Part shown: piece after piece, positions 1 through 10,028 of the stretch | How positions within the stretch are numbered: the first letter of the stretch is position 1 | Layout of the letters: every line of letters starts with the position of its first letter | Origin: Desulfurococcales archaeon | GTDB taxonomy: Archaea > Thermoproteota > Thermoprotei_A > Sulfolobales > NBVN01 | Direction: 5' to 3' | Length of the DNA stretch: 36,768 nt | NCBI GenBank assembly: GCA_021158735.1 | Contig: JAGGUC010000048.1 | Span: 1-36,768, forward strand | Notes under the pieces: model-generated | The model's input: only the letters and a program-made list of their open reading frames with translations | What the model was told of the DNA's origin: nothing | The model's database searches: none | Program-made: the position numbers and the translations under genes

Positions 1-1
1 A

Positions 2-316
2 CCCATACCAGCCATATACATGCCTCAGTATGCCGTAGGTAGATTGCTTAGTTGAACCGCCCACATAGGCACAGAGCGCACCTATAATGGCCTCAATGAT
101 ACAGCCTATAACGGCTGCGTATATGACGTTCATGAGTCCTCCTTGAGTAGCTAGACCGCCTCCGACCCACAGAACAGCTATACATGATAGAACTCCCGTA
201 TACACTAGGAATATGTTCATTATGGTCCTACGTTCCCACGGAGGCACTGGCACTAACACGTAGTCGCCTCTGATGTCCTTCCAGGGGTAAGCCTCAGTAG
301 ACTCTTCACGGGACAT
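2..316 (-). CDS. Cytosine/purine permease (NCS1 family, CodB-like), 5' part; runs off the window edge
   Basis: Not in the ORF track. Manual translation from ATG at 316: MSREESTEAYPWKDIRGDYVLVPVPPWERRTIMNIFLVYTGVLSCIAVLWVGGGLATQGG...GGSTKQSTYGILRHVYGWYG. The DYxxxPVPxxERR start, hydrophobic helices and STYxxLRxxYGxxG fit NCS1 permeases. GGGGGT SD-like site upstream. Confidence 0.75.
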   Translation of the reverse strand, partial: MSREESTEAYPWKDIRGDYVLVPVPPWERRTIMNIFLVYTGVLSCIAVLWVGGGLATQGGLMNVIYAAVIGCIIEAIIGALCAYVGGSTKQSTYGILRHVYGWYG

Positions 317-410
317 TAGAAATACCCCCTTTAATTTCATAAGGTGTACTTAAAAAACATTTTTCTCAAGACCTATAAAAAACTTTTTGATTCATAGTAG
401 ATCCCGGGTG

Positions 411-950
411 CTACTGCTTAGATTTTTTCAGTTCTGTTTTTATATAACGAATTTTTTCTTCTGGTTCCCTAACCCCCTTAATAACCAGTACTGTCCTGTC
501 ATCATCCACCTTAAATACCTCTATGTCACCAACTGGCTGCCCTAGCGAGAATATGTATGCTTTAGCTTCCGTAGACCTGAAATCTACGGTATCGTCAAGT
601 TTAAGCCTTCGGGCAATTCTTCTATGCTTAACAACCACAATCTCCTTATTAGTTATAATGTAGTTTTCAGATAAAATTACAAATAATGTAATAGGTATTA
701 CCACACCTAATATTACGAGGGTATAACCTGCTGGATGTATTTCCTGTGTTATATAGAACCCAAATAGTAGGGCATTCCACATTATTAATAGTGAAACGAT
801 CCACAACCACCTAGGCACGTAATTGTGCTTGAATATGACTTTAGTACCCCTTACCCTAATCCTCACCGTCAAATCCTGAGAACCCCCCACTTGGTTTTCT
901 ATTGAATTTAACCTTATAAGTAGCTTATTAAGTAAAAAACTTATTAGCAA
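411..950 (-). CDS. Hypothetical membrane protein: two TM helices followed by a probable PH-like beta domain
   Basis: Two hydrophobic segments, then YIITNKEIVV...VGDIEVF...IKGVREPE, resembling bacterial-type PH domains. The true start is probably GTG at 866, downstream of a GGGGGG run, rather than 950. Confidence 0.55.
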   Translation of the reverse strand: MLISFLLNKLLIRLNSIENQVGGSQDLTVRIRVRGTKVIFKHNYVPRWLWIVSLLIMWNALLFGFYITQEIHPAGYTLVILGVVIPITLFVILSENYIITNKEIVVVKHRRIARRLKLDDTVDFRSTEAKAYIFSLGQPVGDIEVFKVDDDRTVLVIKGVREPEEKIRYIKTELKKSKQ

Positions 951-1007
951 ATTAGAGTTTAAGATACCGATATATTTTCTTGAAACAATGTAAATATGTG
1001 AGCTAAG

Positions 1008-1658
1008 TTGATCGTTCAGCTCCCGCCGCCAATTAGCGAGGCACTACTCAACTACGTTAAAGAAGTAAGAAATATCATGAGGTACTTGAGGCGTGGTATT
1101 AAGCTACTTAATGACGTCCAGGTAGGTGAGGCGATGGAGGAGCTGTCATGTGCTATTAGAGCTGATACAAAAGCAGACAGCTTAAGGCGGGAACTACTCT
1201 TCAAGCTAGAGGAGGTCATTAGCAATAGCGCAACACGTGAGGCAATAGTGCACATCTTAAGGAGGCTTGACCTAGTTTCCGAGATGGCTAAGGAAGCCTC
1301 AAGATACCTCTCAATAATTCCCTACTTAGAAATTCCGGATGACATTAAGTCACGCATTGAGATGTTGAGTAAGCTAGGTCTTGAAGCATGCGATATACTG
1401 GTGAGTGCTGTTGCGGCCATACTAGAGGGGGAGGGAAGAAAAGCAATAGAGTACTCACTTAAAGTTGAGGAGGTGGAGGAGAGCGCAGATAACATTACGC
1501 TTGAGGCTAGGAGGATCTTAGTTGATGTAGGTGAGAAAATAAGTAACCCTGCACTCGTTTTAATGATATCTAACTTCATTGAGTCACTGGAGAGTGTGAC
1601 AGATTATGCGGAAGATGCCGCGGACTACATAAGAGCTATAGCACTGCGCACTAGCTGA
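1008..1658 (+). CDS. DUF47/TIGR00153 family phosphate transport regulator (PhoU-like helical repeat)
   Basis: Duplicated helical halves with DTKADSLRR and EESADNI, plus LESVTDYAEDAAD. Adjacent to a PiT gene. Confidence 0.85.
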   Translation: MIVQLPPPISEALLNYVKEVRNIMRYLRRGIKLLNDVQVGEAMEELSCAIRADTKADSLRRELLFKLEEVISNSATREAIVHILRRLDLVSEMAKEASRYLSIIPYLEIPDDIKSRIEMLSKLGLEACDILVSAVAAILEGEGRKAIEYSLKVEEVEESADNITLEARRILVDVGEKISNPALVLMISNFIESLESVTDYAEDAADYIRAIALRTS

Positions 1659-1660
1659 GT

Positions 1661-2887
1661 TTATAGTGCGAGATTAATAAATAACATATACAGCAGTGCG
1701 GAAGTAGTCATAACAGCTGGGAGTCCGGCCACCCACATAACAACTATTTTTATAATAGTCTTCACGTTAATTGCCTTAATACCCCTAGCTAACCCAACCC
1801 CGGCTATCGACCCCACAACTGCTATGGTAGTTGAAACCGGGAGACCTAATCTAGTAATTACAAGAACCGCTATAGACGCCGCTAACTGAGCGCAGTAAGC
1901 TGAGGTATACGTAAGTATTGTTATTCCAGCTCCAATAACCTCAACAACCCTAGACCCCCACATGATTATTCCTATAGACATCCCCATCGCTGCAATAACT
2001 AAGGCTACCCCGGAAACATTTATGACAGGAGGTAGCCCGCCGGGTGATGTAAGAGCAAGTATTACAGCCGAGAGAGGACCAGCTGAATTAGCTACATCAT
2101 GCGCACCGTGACTAAACGCCATAGCTGAGGCAGATGTGAGTAAAAGCAATTTAATGTAGAGTTCCTTTTTCGGTACATCCCTAAATTTACTTAGATACAG
2201 CTTATCAAAAACAATGACTAAAGGTATGGAAAGTACTGCAATTGCAAGAGACATGTAAACTGAGTAGACAACATTCGAAATACTGGGTACGGAAATCAGA
2301 AGTAAAAGGGATGACGAAAACACCATAATGAATACTGATGTAATTAATACGTATGGGAGGCTCTTTTCACTCTGTAGTGCCTTCCCATATATCTTATATA
2401 GCGCAAAAGCTAAGGCAGCACTAACAGCAGGGAGGTACCCCCATGCTGCAGCTATGAAACTCAGGGTACTCCAATTAATGTTCTCCAATCCTACCGAAAC
2501 TATCGCAACCCCTATTATACCCCCCACAATGTTTCCTGATATAGACATCGGCACCCTAAGTATCGATGCTATAAGTACCCACAGTCCAGTCGCGATCAGC
2601 ACTGATATCATACCAACGATAATTAAGTGCACGTTCTTAATTTGAGTAATATCTACTATCCCCCTCATAAGCGTCAGCGAAACAAATCTACCAAACAGTA
2701 ATGCCCCAATAAATTCAAATATAGACGCAAGGACTAAAGCTTTCTTAAGGCTTAAAGCCCTCGACCCGACAACAGTACCAATCATGTTAGCTGCATTATT
2801 AGACCCATTATTCCAGGCCACAAAAAAAGCTGCTAGAACAGCAACCACTAGCCAGTAAATACTGGCTATAACAGTAAACCACCCCAA
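1661..2887 (-). CDS. Inorganic phosphate transporter, PiT/PHO4 family
   Basis: Polytopic membrane protein with both PHO4 signatures (GSNNAANMIGTVVGS and FSHGAHDVANSAGP) and GLPVSTT...VGSIAGVG. Confidence 0.9.
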   Translation of the reverse strand: MGWFTVIASIYWLVVAVLAAFFVAWNNGSNNAANMIGTVVGSRALSLKKALVLASIFEFIGALLFGRFVSLTLMRGIVDITQIKNVHLIIVGMISVLIATGLWVLIASILRVPMSISGNIVGGIIGVAIVSVGLENINWSTLSFIAAAWGYLPAVSAALAFALYKIYGKALQSEKSLPYVLITSVFIMVFSSSLLLLISVPSISNVVYSVYMSLAIAVLSIPLVIVFDKLYLSKFRDVPKKELYIKLLLLTSASAMAFSHGAHDVANSAGPLSAVILALTSPGGLPPVINVSGVALVIAAMGMSIGIIMWGSRVVEVIGAGITILTYTSAYCAQLAASIAVLVITRLGLPVSTTIAVVGSIAGVGLARGIKAINVKTIIKIVVMWVAGLPAVMTTSALLYMLFINLAL

Positions 2888-2970
2888 GCTAACATTAAGA
2901 GAACTTACAAGTATTAAAAAGAATTCCCTAAAACATTATATTTATGATAATATATGGTCAGACATTATGG

Positions 2971-3025
2971 AGATGATGAGTTTTCGGGGAGAATGACATG
3001 TGATGAAGCGGTTACCCACCTGATG
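2971..3025 (+). ncRNA. Box C/D methylation-guide sRNA with two guides
   Basis: Intergenic. C box ATGATGA 2973-2979, guide 2980-2992, D' box ATGA 2993-2996, C' box GTGATGA 3000-3006, guide 3007-3019, D box CTGA 3020-3023. Canonical archaeal spacing, with an AT-rich TATA-like tract about 30 nt upstream. Ends are approximate. Confidence 0.88.
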
Positions 3026-3041
3026 TATTTGATAAGGGGCA

Positions 3042-4622
3042 CTATATACCTATTTCAGTATAAAAGTCCTCACTTCCGTCATCATCGTACCTGCTATTGA
3101 GCCAAATTTCATGTACTGGAAGATCTCCACCACCCAACTTCCACCCGGCTTTATCTATTTTTACTAAGGCTGGTAGCGGTGTCATGAGCCCTAAAACAAC
3201 TGCCTCACCAGTATTTAATGAAGGTAGCAGCTCCAGTAACTCATCTGACAACGTCTCACTAGCTGATTGAACATACTTCTGGTCTCCGGGCTCAACTAAT
3301 TTGAGGATTATCTTGTTGTTTGTTTGCGACAAAGCATTATCGTCAATGTTTTTAGGTCTTTGACTAACTAAACATAAGCCTACTCCGAACTTCCTGCCCT
3401 CTCTTGCTATCCTAGCTACAACCTCCTTAGTTAGTGTCACCCTCTTCCTAGGTATCAATACATGCGCCTCCTCAATAACAAGTAGTACTGGAACTGGATA
3501 CCCGTGTGAGCCAGCTCTATCTCTTTTTCTTTCATCGAGAAGTCTCCTGAGGTAATGTGAGGTAATGACGTCCGCCACCTCCTCGTCAACTTCCCCTAGC
3601 TGAAAAATGTTAGCGTGCCCTACCTTAATTATTGAAGTGAGTTTTAGAGGAGCCTCAGGTGAGAGGACCCTGCCACCATACCTGTCTCGTAAATCGTACA
3701 GCTTAAGTAGTAAGTCAGCTATAGAACCCCTATCATTTGAGGGTATCTTCTTACTCTTGTCCCTCCGTTCACTCAGCTGCAGGTACTCCTCAACTTTATT
3801 AATGAGCATGTCAAGGAACTGCTCGGTCTTCTTAGTAGCGGATTTCGACCTAATCTCACTATACGCTTTCCTGAGGTATAGTCTCTGCTTACTGGCTTTA
3901 GGCTCAAGTCCGAGTAGTCTGTAGTACTCACCCAGCGTCAGGTCGGCGGGATTAACCGTGGGCCTTACTCTATTTACTCTGGAAGCCACACTGCCGTACT
4001 CTGAGTGCATGTCTATTATTAAGACCGTACCATTCAACTCATCCACGATTCTCTTAACTAGTACGGCAACAGCATTACTCTTTCCAGCACCTGTAATGGC
4101 CAGAATGGCTAAGTGCCTATTCACCATAGCCTTAACGTTTACGTAGACCGGGACGTTAGGATGATTAACCAGGTTTCCGAGCCTTACCCAACCATCGGTG
4201 CTTCTCTTAACGAAAACAGCCCTCAATACATCATCGGATGCCTCTAAAACCTTAGCAGCAGGTCTAGGAGGGTACTTAGGTGTCTCAGCTTTCCCTTCCT
4301 TAATTAACTTAGACAGCTTAGCAAGCAACCTAGCGTACCCCACCATGTAGTCATGCCTCCCAACTCCGAAAGCCTCCGCCTTAGCGATAGTATCCACTTG
4401 AGCAGTGCTGCTCGAGACTAGTGGATTACCTATTTTTGAGAGTTCGACAATACCTAACACATACTCACCATCATGATACTCAACAATAATGTACTCACCG
4501 ACTCTTGGAGGCCTTACCGCAGTGAAGTAAATACCTGTATGAGATGTTTCACCAATCACTCTACCTATTTCATTAAGTTTTAGCTCATTAAGGTCCTTAC
4601 CGACACCCTTACTTTCCATCAT
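3042..4622 (-). CDS. herA: HerA bipolar DNA helicase/translocase (FtsK-HerA ATPase)
   Basis: N-terminal HAS-barrel-like region, Walker A AITGAGKSN, Walker B IEEAH, IAREGRKFGVGLCLVSQRP. Lies in the mre11-rad50-nurA operon. Confidence 0.93.
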   Translation of the reverse strand: MMESKGVGKDLNELKLNEIGRVIGETSHTGIYFTAVRPPRVGEYIIVEYHDGEYVLGIVELSKIGNPLVSSSTAQVDTIAKAEAFGVGRHDYMVGYARLLAKLSKLIKEGKAETPKYPPRPAAKVLEASDDVLRAVFVKRSTDGWVRLGNLVNHPNVPVYVNVKAMVNRHLAILAITGAGKSNAVAVLVKRIVDELNGTVLIIDMHSEYGSVASRVNRVRPTVNPADLTLGEYYRLLGLEPKASKQRLYLRKAYSEIRSKSATKKTEQFLDMLINKVEEYLQLSERRDKSKKIPSNDRGSIADLLLKLYDLRDRYGGRVLSPEAPLKLTSIIKVGHANIFQLGEVDEEVADVITSHYLRRLLDERKRDRAGSHGYPVPVLLVIEEAHVLIPRKRVTLTKEVVARIAREGRKFGVGLCLVSQRPKNIDDNALSQTNNKIILKLVEPGDQKYVQSASETLSDELLELLPSLNTGEAVVLGLMTPLPALVKIDKAGWKLGGGDLPVHEIWLNSRYDDDGSEDFYTEIGI

Positions 4623-5797
4623 TAGTATTCACCCAGTACTTCACGACCAGTTAATAAATGTGTAATACCTAGTGCATTAACTATATTGATAAATGCCTCC
4701 CTACTCAAGTATGTAATGTGGTGTGCCTCATAAAGCGGGTAAGGGTACCCATCACCAGATACGGACTTCAAGATATCAACCACATCCCTAACAACAGACT
4801 CTAGCGTGTTAGTAGCTGAACTACCAATAATGTAAGGTATCTCAACTTTAAACACATGTTCCCCTGTACCCAGTCTCACATAAGTTAATAAGATCCTTAA
4901 TTTGTCATAAAACTCCCTGAGTCCAAGCACTTTAGGCATCTCCTTAATAGGTTTATCCTCCAAGTAAGGCTTTGAAAAACCTGATTCCCTAGTCAGGTAC
5001 TGAAATAACATAATGTCCGTGACCGGGGTCTTACCCTTGAAGAAACGTTTGACGTAGGTCTGCGACCTACTAGTTTTTGAGATAAATAGTACAGGAATAT
5101 TGTTTAAGTATGCATCACTAATTAACCTTCTAATAACCGCTAACTTTTCTATGTACTCGAGAGCTGTGATCATCTGTGACTTACTCTCGTCAATATCATA
5201 AACTACCGGTTCAGTGACCTCCTTAGTAACAATAGGGCAGTTCCTCACAGCATCAATAGATCTTAAAGTCCTAGTTAACCTGGCCTCTATGTTACTGAAG
5301 ACCTCATCTCCGAACTCACGGGACACCCTGGCCAGAATAGTTGAAAGCAGTATATTGTTGAGCGGTGAAGGTGTTATCAGCATAGACCTTAGCGACCCGT
5401 CCATAAGCACGTACTCAACGTCACTCAGCATCGACTGTATAGCTACCTTAACCTCAAGCACTTCACGGTACAGGCCCACTCTCTCAGCTACTTGAGGAGG
5501 GGACAGTACATCAATATCAGCTACAGATAAAGTTACAGCACTCTCATATTTCCCGTTAGCTAGCCCACGAAATAGTACAGCAGCTGCTGCAACCCCATAA
5601 ATAGTAAATCCCTGAAAATCCACCTTAATATTGCTGCCGTCAACACCTGCTACTGACTCGGGCGCTGCGGGGGATGGTTCATAAGAAATCCAGAATCTCC
5701 TGACATCATTAAGGTGCTCACACCGGCTAAAAATTTCTATTTTTCTGATTATCTCATCTTTCTTTCTTGTTGCAGCAGCGATTAACTCAGAGCTCAA
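4622..5797 (-). CDS. nurA: NurA 5'-3' nuclease
   Basis: Catalytic motifs AGVDGS and LMDGSL, plus SKTSRS and GYPYPLYEAHH. Overlaps both rad50 and herA. Confidence 0.92.
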   Translation of the reverse strand: MSSELIAAATRKKDEIIRKIEIFSRCEHLNDVRRFWISYEPSPAAPESVAGVDGSNIKVDFQGFTIYGVAAAAVLFRGLANGKYESAVTLSVADIDVLSPPQVAERVGLYREVLEVKVAIQSMLSDVEYVLMDGSLRSMLITPSPLNNILLSTILARVSREFGDEVFSNIEARLTRTLRSIDAVRNCPIVTKEVTEPVVYDIDESKSQMITALEYIEKLAVIRRLISDAYLNNIPVLFISKTSRSQTYVKRFFKGKTPVTDIMLFQYLTRESGFSKPYLEDKPIKEMPKVLGLREFYDKLRILLTYVRLGTGEHVFKVEIPYIIGSSATNTLESVVRDVVDILKSVSGDGYPYPLYEAHHITYLSREAFINIVNALGITHLLTGREVLGEY

Positions 5798-8603
5798 TAC
5801 TACTCACCTCCCTAACCTTAGAGAAAGTATTCTTACTAACCTCGTACACAAGGTCCGCTGCCTCCTTAACTTCGTCATGGTGTGTAACAACTATGAGTTG
5901 CGGTATGACCCCACCACCCCTGAACTCCTTAAGCACATCTATGAGCTGCCTCCTCTTATCCTCATCTAAGTGGATTGTTGGTTCATCCAGAATCAAGAAG
6001 CCCAGCCTGCCTCCAGAAACAATATTATGGAGTGCCAACAGTGCAGCTATAGCTGTCACAACGACTTCGCCACCACTTAATCTATTGATGTCCGCTTCGA
6101 GGTAGGGTGACACAAGCGTTATGTTGAATTTCTCATCCACCCTAACATCGCTGTAGCTGATATTAAATAGTTCTATGTACTTCTTCATAAGAGCCTCAAT
6201 CTTAGCTAGTGAAACCTTCCTGATTATTGCTGGTGCCTTATCTCTATGCAGGATCTCCTCCCTAACCCACCTAAGCACGGAGAGCTTGTACCAAGTTGTT
6301 CTCAGTACTTCAGCATCCTCCCTTAAGGCCCTGACCTCATCACTGATCTCTGAGAACCTCACCTCAACCTCTGAGAGCTTACTCCTTAACTCACCCTCCT
6401 TCCTAACTAAGTCTTCTAAATCCTGCCTCAACATACTCAATTTGGCATCAATTCCCTTCAATTCCCTTACATTAGGTAGTAACTTACTTTTCTTCTTCTC
6501 TAAGAAAGAGACCCTACTCAAGTAATTCTTCACCTCCTCCTCAAGCCTCTCTAACTCCGCGGCTGACTGCTTCAATCTGCCGATTGCCTCACGCAACTCC
6601 TTAGCCCGCTCCGATGCTTCCTCTGCCATACTCATGGCTTCCCTAATATCAAAGCCCTCGCCAAAGAACATACTTAATTCGCGCCTGAGTTCCTTATGTC
6701 TCGCTAATAAGTCTTCTACTTCTTCTTCAAGCTTCCTAACCTCCTTGCGCAGACCGCTGACCTGCTCATCTTTAACTCCTTGAGCTATTATGGCCTCCAT
6801 CCTAGCCTTATCCATCTCGACGTGCATAAGTTCATTCTCTTCCTTTTCTAGTCTATTAATTTCATTTTTAAGAACGGTAATTCTGTCTTCAACAGAACGT
6901 ACTTCATCACTAATCTTTACTAACTTCTCCTTAAGCTCTCTTAACTCATCTTCTCTTAACTTAGCTGACTCGAGCTTCACTATTAAGTCCTCTAACTTCT
7001 TTAGTTCATCTTCCATCCTGGATGCTTTCTTACTTAATTCTTCAGCTTCACTCTCTAATCGCTCAGCCCTCTCTTTCCTGATCCTGACGTCGTTGTCTAA
7101 CTTCCCTATAAGGAACTCCCTACGCCCCTGAGTCAGTGACTGCCCGCACAGAGGGCACCTGCCTTGAAAACCCCTCATAAGTACCCTCAGCTTCTCATTA
7201 GCCTCCGCGGCTCTCCCCTTCTCTATCGATGCCTGAGAAAGCTTTTCTTGAATCACTATCTGTAGCTCCCTGATTGACTCCCTTAACTCACCAGCTCTAC
7301 GCTTCGCGACTGGCAGGGAATCAGCTACACTGCTAAACCTAGAGCCAAGAAGAACCGATATCTCATTAAGTACGGTACCTACTTCATCAAGTAGCCTGCC
7401 TATAAGTTTATTCAGATTCGCTTGGTCTGATTTAAGCCTACCCAAGTTCTCAGTGAGTTTAGATAGTTCTTCCCTAGCCTTACTGAGCTTACTACGGACT
7501 AGTTCTAACCTCCTAATCCTCTCCTCAATACCTTCAGGGTACTTGCCGAGTATTGACTTAAGCTCCGTCAGCAGCTCCTCGGCTCTCTCTAGCTCACCTT
7601 TCTTAGAGTCAAGCACTGTCTTCTTGCTATGAAGGTTTTCATCAATAAGAAGAAGCTCACGTAACTTTTGTTGCTGCCTCGACAACTCACTTAATTTTCC
7701 GACCTCAACCTCGAGTTCCTTTAGTTTTGCTGCCTCCCTACTCAGCTCACTTATTCTCTTCCTCCTAGCATCAACTTCACTCATAATATTCCTGAGTTCC
7801 TCTTCAATACCTATAAGTTCGTGCTTCTTGGCTTCCAGCTCCTTCTTTTTCTCCTCGAGTACCTCTATGTCACTCCGCAACTTACTTACCTTACTACTTA
7901 CTTCCTGAAACTCCTTCCTCAACCTACTCTGCACATCAGCTAACCTGATGAGGTCCTGCTCCTTACTTCTGATATCGGCTATTACCCTACTGTAGAATTC
8001 CTTCAGATTGTCTAGACTCTGCTTTGTTGGCTGGTAGGTCTGAGGAGGTACCTTCTTAGTTTTAACACTTACCTTATAGTCCTTGAGCCTCTCCCATGCT
8101 GCCTCAAAAGTGTTTAGGTTGAGGAGTTCATCAAGGATTTCTAGCCTGCTTGCAGGCTTAAGTGTTATGAGCTCTGTTAGCGCACCCTGAGGTATTATAG
8201 CCACCGTCTGAAGCGACTCCGCCTTAAGCCCTAGCAACCCTTCAATTTCCTTATTAACGTTGCTCACCCGCAGCATTGTCTTACCGTCCAACCTGAGCAC
8301 AGCATCATGCTTACCGCTCCTTGAGACCCTTCTTTCAATAATTACTTCCCTTCCACCGACATCAAGCCAGAGCTTAACGACTGCTTCAGCTCCTCTGGGG
8401 GTTGCTGCATTAACTAAACCCTCCAGGCGCCCCCTGCGAGCCTTACCAGTGAGGGCGAAGTATATAGCATCTAAGATACTTGACTTGCCAGCGCCATTAG
8501 GCCCCACAAGTGCCGTTACCCCCCTCTCGAAGACAATCTCACTCTCCCTATGTGATATAAAGTTTTTAAGGTAGACCTTCTTAATTATTACGCTCCCTAA
8601 CAC
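5787..8603 (-). CDS. rad50: Rad50 SMC-like ATPase
   Basis: Walker A GPNGAGKSS, Q-loop IPQG, long coiled coil with central zinc hook CPLCG, signature LSGGE, Walker B LILDEPT, H-loop VTHH. Confidence 0.96.
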   Translation of the reverse strand: MLGSVIIKKVYLKNFISHRESEIVFERGVTALVGPNGAGKSSILDAIYFALTGKARRGRLEGLVNAATPRGAEAVVKLWLDVGGREVIIERRVSRSGKHDAVLRLDGKTMLRVSNVNKEIEGLLGLKAESLQTVAIIPQGALTELITLKPASRLEILDELLNLNTFEAAWERLKDYKVSVKTKKVPPQTYQPTKQSLDNLKEFYSRVIADIRSKEQDLIRLADVQSRLRKEFQEVSSKVSKLRSDIEVLEEKKKELEAKKHELIGIEEELRNIMSEVDARRKRISELSREAAKLKELEVEVGKLSELSRQQQKLRELLLIDENLHSKKTVLDSKKGELERAEELLTELKSILGKYPEGIEERIRRLELVRSKLSKAREELSKLTENLGRLKSDQANLNKLIGRLLDEVGTVLNEISVLLGSRFSSVADSLPVAKRRAGELRESIRELQIVIQEKLSQASIEKGRAAEANEKLRVLMRGFQGRCPLCGQSLTQGRREFLIGKLDNDVRIRKERAERLESEAEELSKKASRMEDELKKLEDLIVKLESAKLREDELRELKEKLVKISDEVRSVEDRITVLKNEINRLEKEENELMHVEMDKARMEAIIAQGVKDEQVSGLRKEVRKLEEEVEDLLARHKELRRELSMFFGEGFDIREAMSMAEEASERAKELREAIGRLKQSAAELERLEEEVKNYLSRVSFLEKKKSKLLPNVRELKGIDAKLSMLRQDLEDLVRKEGELRSKLSEVEVRFSEISDEVRALREDAEVLRTTWYKLSVLRWVREEILHRDKAPAIIRKVSLAKIEALMKKYIELFNISYSDVRVDEKFNITLVSPYLEADINRLSGGEVVVTAIAALLALHNIVSGGRLGFLILDEPTIHLDEDKRRQLIDVLKEFRGGGVIPQLIVVTHHDEVKEAADLVYEVSKNTFSKVREVSSIEL

Positions 8604-8610
8604 ACCGAGG

Positions 8611-9861
8611 TCACCTCATGAACTTCTCTAACCCCTTACCCCGTTGCTTAGTTAGATCAGTATATGAAGTAGGTACGAGCTTTAAGGAACCTACTTTATT
8701 AGACCATAGCTCCTTATACTGCAGTAACTTCTCGATCCATGCTTCAATGTCTTCCTCGCTATTACTAGCTAGAATGTCTTTTATCTTAAGTATCACTGCC
8801 GCTGCCTCTCGAGCTACTCTGTTATTGGGGTCCCCACCTATCATAGACGCCACTATGCTTAGAGCGTCTAATTCAACTCCCTCCTCACCACCTTTAGTGG
8901 GGCTCTCCACCACTCTCTCCAACCTGATTCTGACATAAGCTTTCTCACCCACTATTCTTCTGATTTCCTTCACTATGTCATCCTTCACCTTGTATGGGAC
9001 CGTCACCCATACATGAATTATTCCCTTTTTATCTGAAGAGCTTACCTTACTGAGTATGACCTTGAGATCCTCCCTGAACCGGTTGTAATTAGTTTTGAGC
9101 ATTACTTGCGGCCTCACATTCAAGTTTATGGTGTGTACTACTGCCTCACTAGTGCTCAAGTCAACCATGTAGAAACCCTTACCTACTTCTCTCCACGACT
9201 CTATTTCGTCAGCCCTCATAATATCTATGCTACCTGCATAAGCTACCACTGTGCCGCTCTCCAGCTTCCTTGCGATCCTCCTATGCAGATGCCCCATCGC
9301 TACGTAAGCTACTTCATGCGGTAGGTCTGCGAGGTCAAGCCCCTCCTCTATCATGAAGAACTGCTTTACGTTCTGATGAAGCATAAGGACTGTTCTCCTA
9401 CCCTCAACCTTCGTCATTATGTCGTTTAGCTTTCTCCTCAACATGTTCAGGTACTTCATCCTTGGTGGGTGGTGAGACACACCTGCAATATAGTAGTCCC
9501 TTCCCCCGCAGTGAATAACATCTACATCAGGCGTTCTTGAAGTACCCAACAGCCTGAGGTAAGGCACTAGTACCTGAGGAGGGAGGTCGTACTTCTTAGG
9601 CAGGTCATGCTCACCTAAAACTGAGTATACGCGGATCCCGTGCTCATGAGCCCTTCTAAGTACTTCACCAGCAATTTTAATTGCTCTATTGGGTGGACGG
9701 GGCTTGTCGAACATGTCACCCGATATGACGATAGCCTCAACTCCTTCCTTGATTGCTAAATCAACAGCTTCCTCAAAAAGCGAGTATATGTCGATCTCCC
9801 TCTCCTCAATTCCGTACTGCCGGAAGCCTAAGTGAGTATCCGCTAGATGAGCGATCAGCAA
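8611..9861 (-). CDS. mre11: Mre11 nuclease
   Basis: Metallophosphoesterase motifs ADTHLG, GDMFD, GEHD, MLHQ and MGHLH. Immediately upstream of rad50. Confidence 0.95.
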   Translation of the reverse strand: MLIAHLADTHLGFRQYGIEEREIDIYSLFEEAVDLAIKEGVEAIVISGDMFDKPRPPNRAIKIAGEVLRRAHEHGIRVYSVLGEHDLPKKYDLPPQVLVPYLRLLGTSRTPDVDVIHCGGRDYYIAGVSHHPPRMKYLNMLRRKLNDIMTKVEGRRTVLMLHQNVKQFFMIEEGLDLADLPHEVAYVAMGHLHRRIARKLESGTVVAYAGSIDIMRADEIESWREVGKGFYMVDLSTSEAVVHTINLNVRPQVMLKTNYNRFREDLKVILSKVSSSDKKGIIHVWVTVPYKVKDDIVKEIRRIVGEKAYVRIRLERVVESPTKGGEEGVELDALSIVASMIGGDPNNRVAREAAAVILKIKDILASNSEEDIEAWIEKLLQYKELWSNKVGSLKLVPTSYTDLTKQRGKGLEKFMR

Positions 9862-10028
9862 TTTCCCTACCTAATCAAACACTGGCTATAGAAGCTAATA
9901 TTAAGTGCGACCTTAATTAATGAGTAATACTTAATGAAGTGTTCAGCCACCTGCTCACAGCGTAGAGGTATTACCTCAAGATCCGTAAAAGTCATTTAAG
10001 ATGAGCTAGTACTTAGTACAGTGATTTA

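Noticed and set aside
6300..8050. Repetitive CT-rich periodicity in rad50 as a tandem repeat
   Set aside because: It reflects the E/K/L/R codons of the coiled coil. There are no exact repeat units.
9605..9620. Mre11 GEHD instead of GNHD as a sign of inactivation
   Set aside because: The catalytic His is retained, and acidic residues at this position occur in crenarchaeal Mre11 as I recall. The other motifs are intact.
3042..9861. HerA/NurA/SMC-like/nuclease cluster as a novel anti-phage defence system
   Set aside because: It is the well-known archaeal mre11-rad50-nurA-herA end-resection operon with the expected motifs. Gene-order variation in this operon is known.
9965..9977. Palindrome GAGGTA-T-TACCTC in the mre11/PAP2 divergent region
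   Set aside because: Only 6-bp arms, a single copy and no nearby regulator. It cannot be distinguished from chance.
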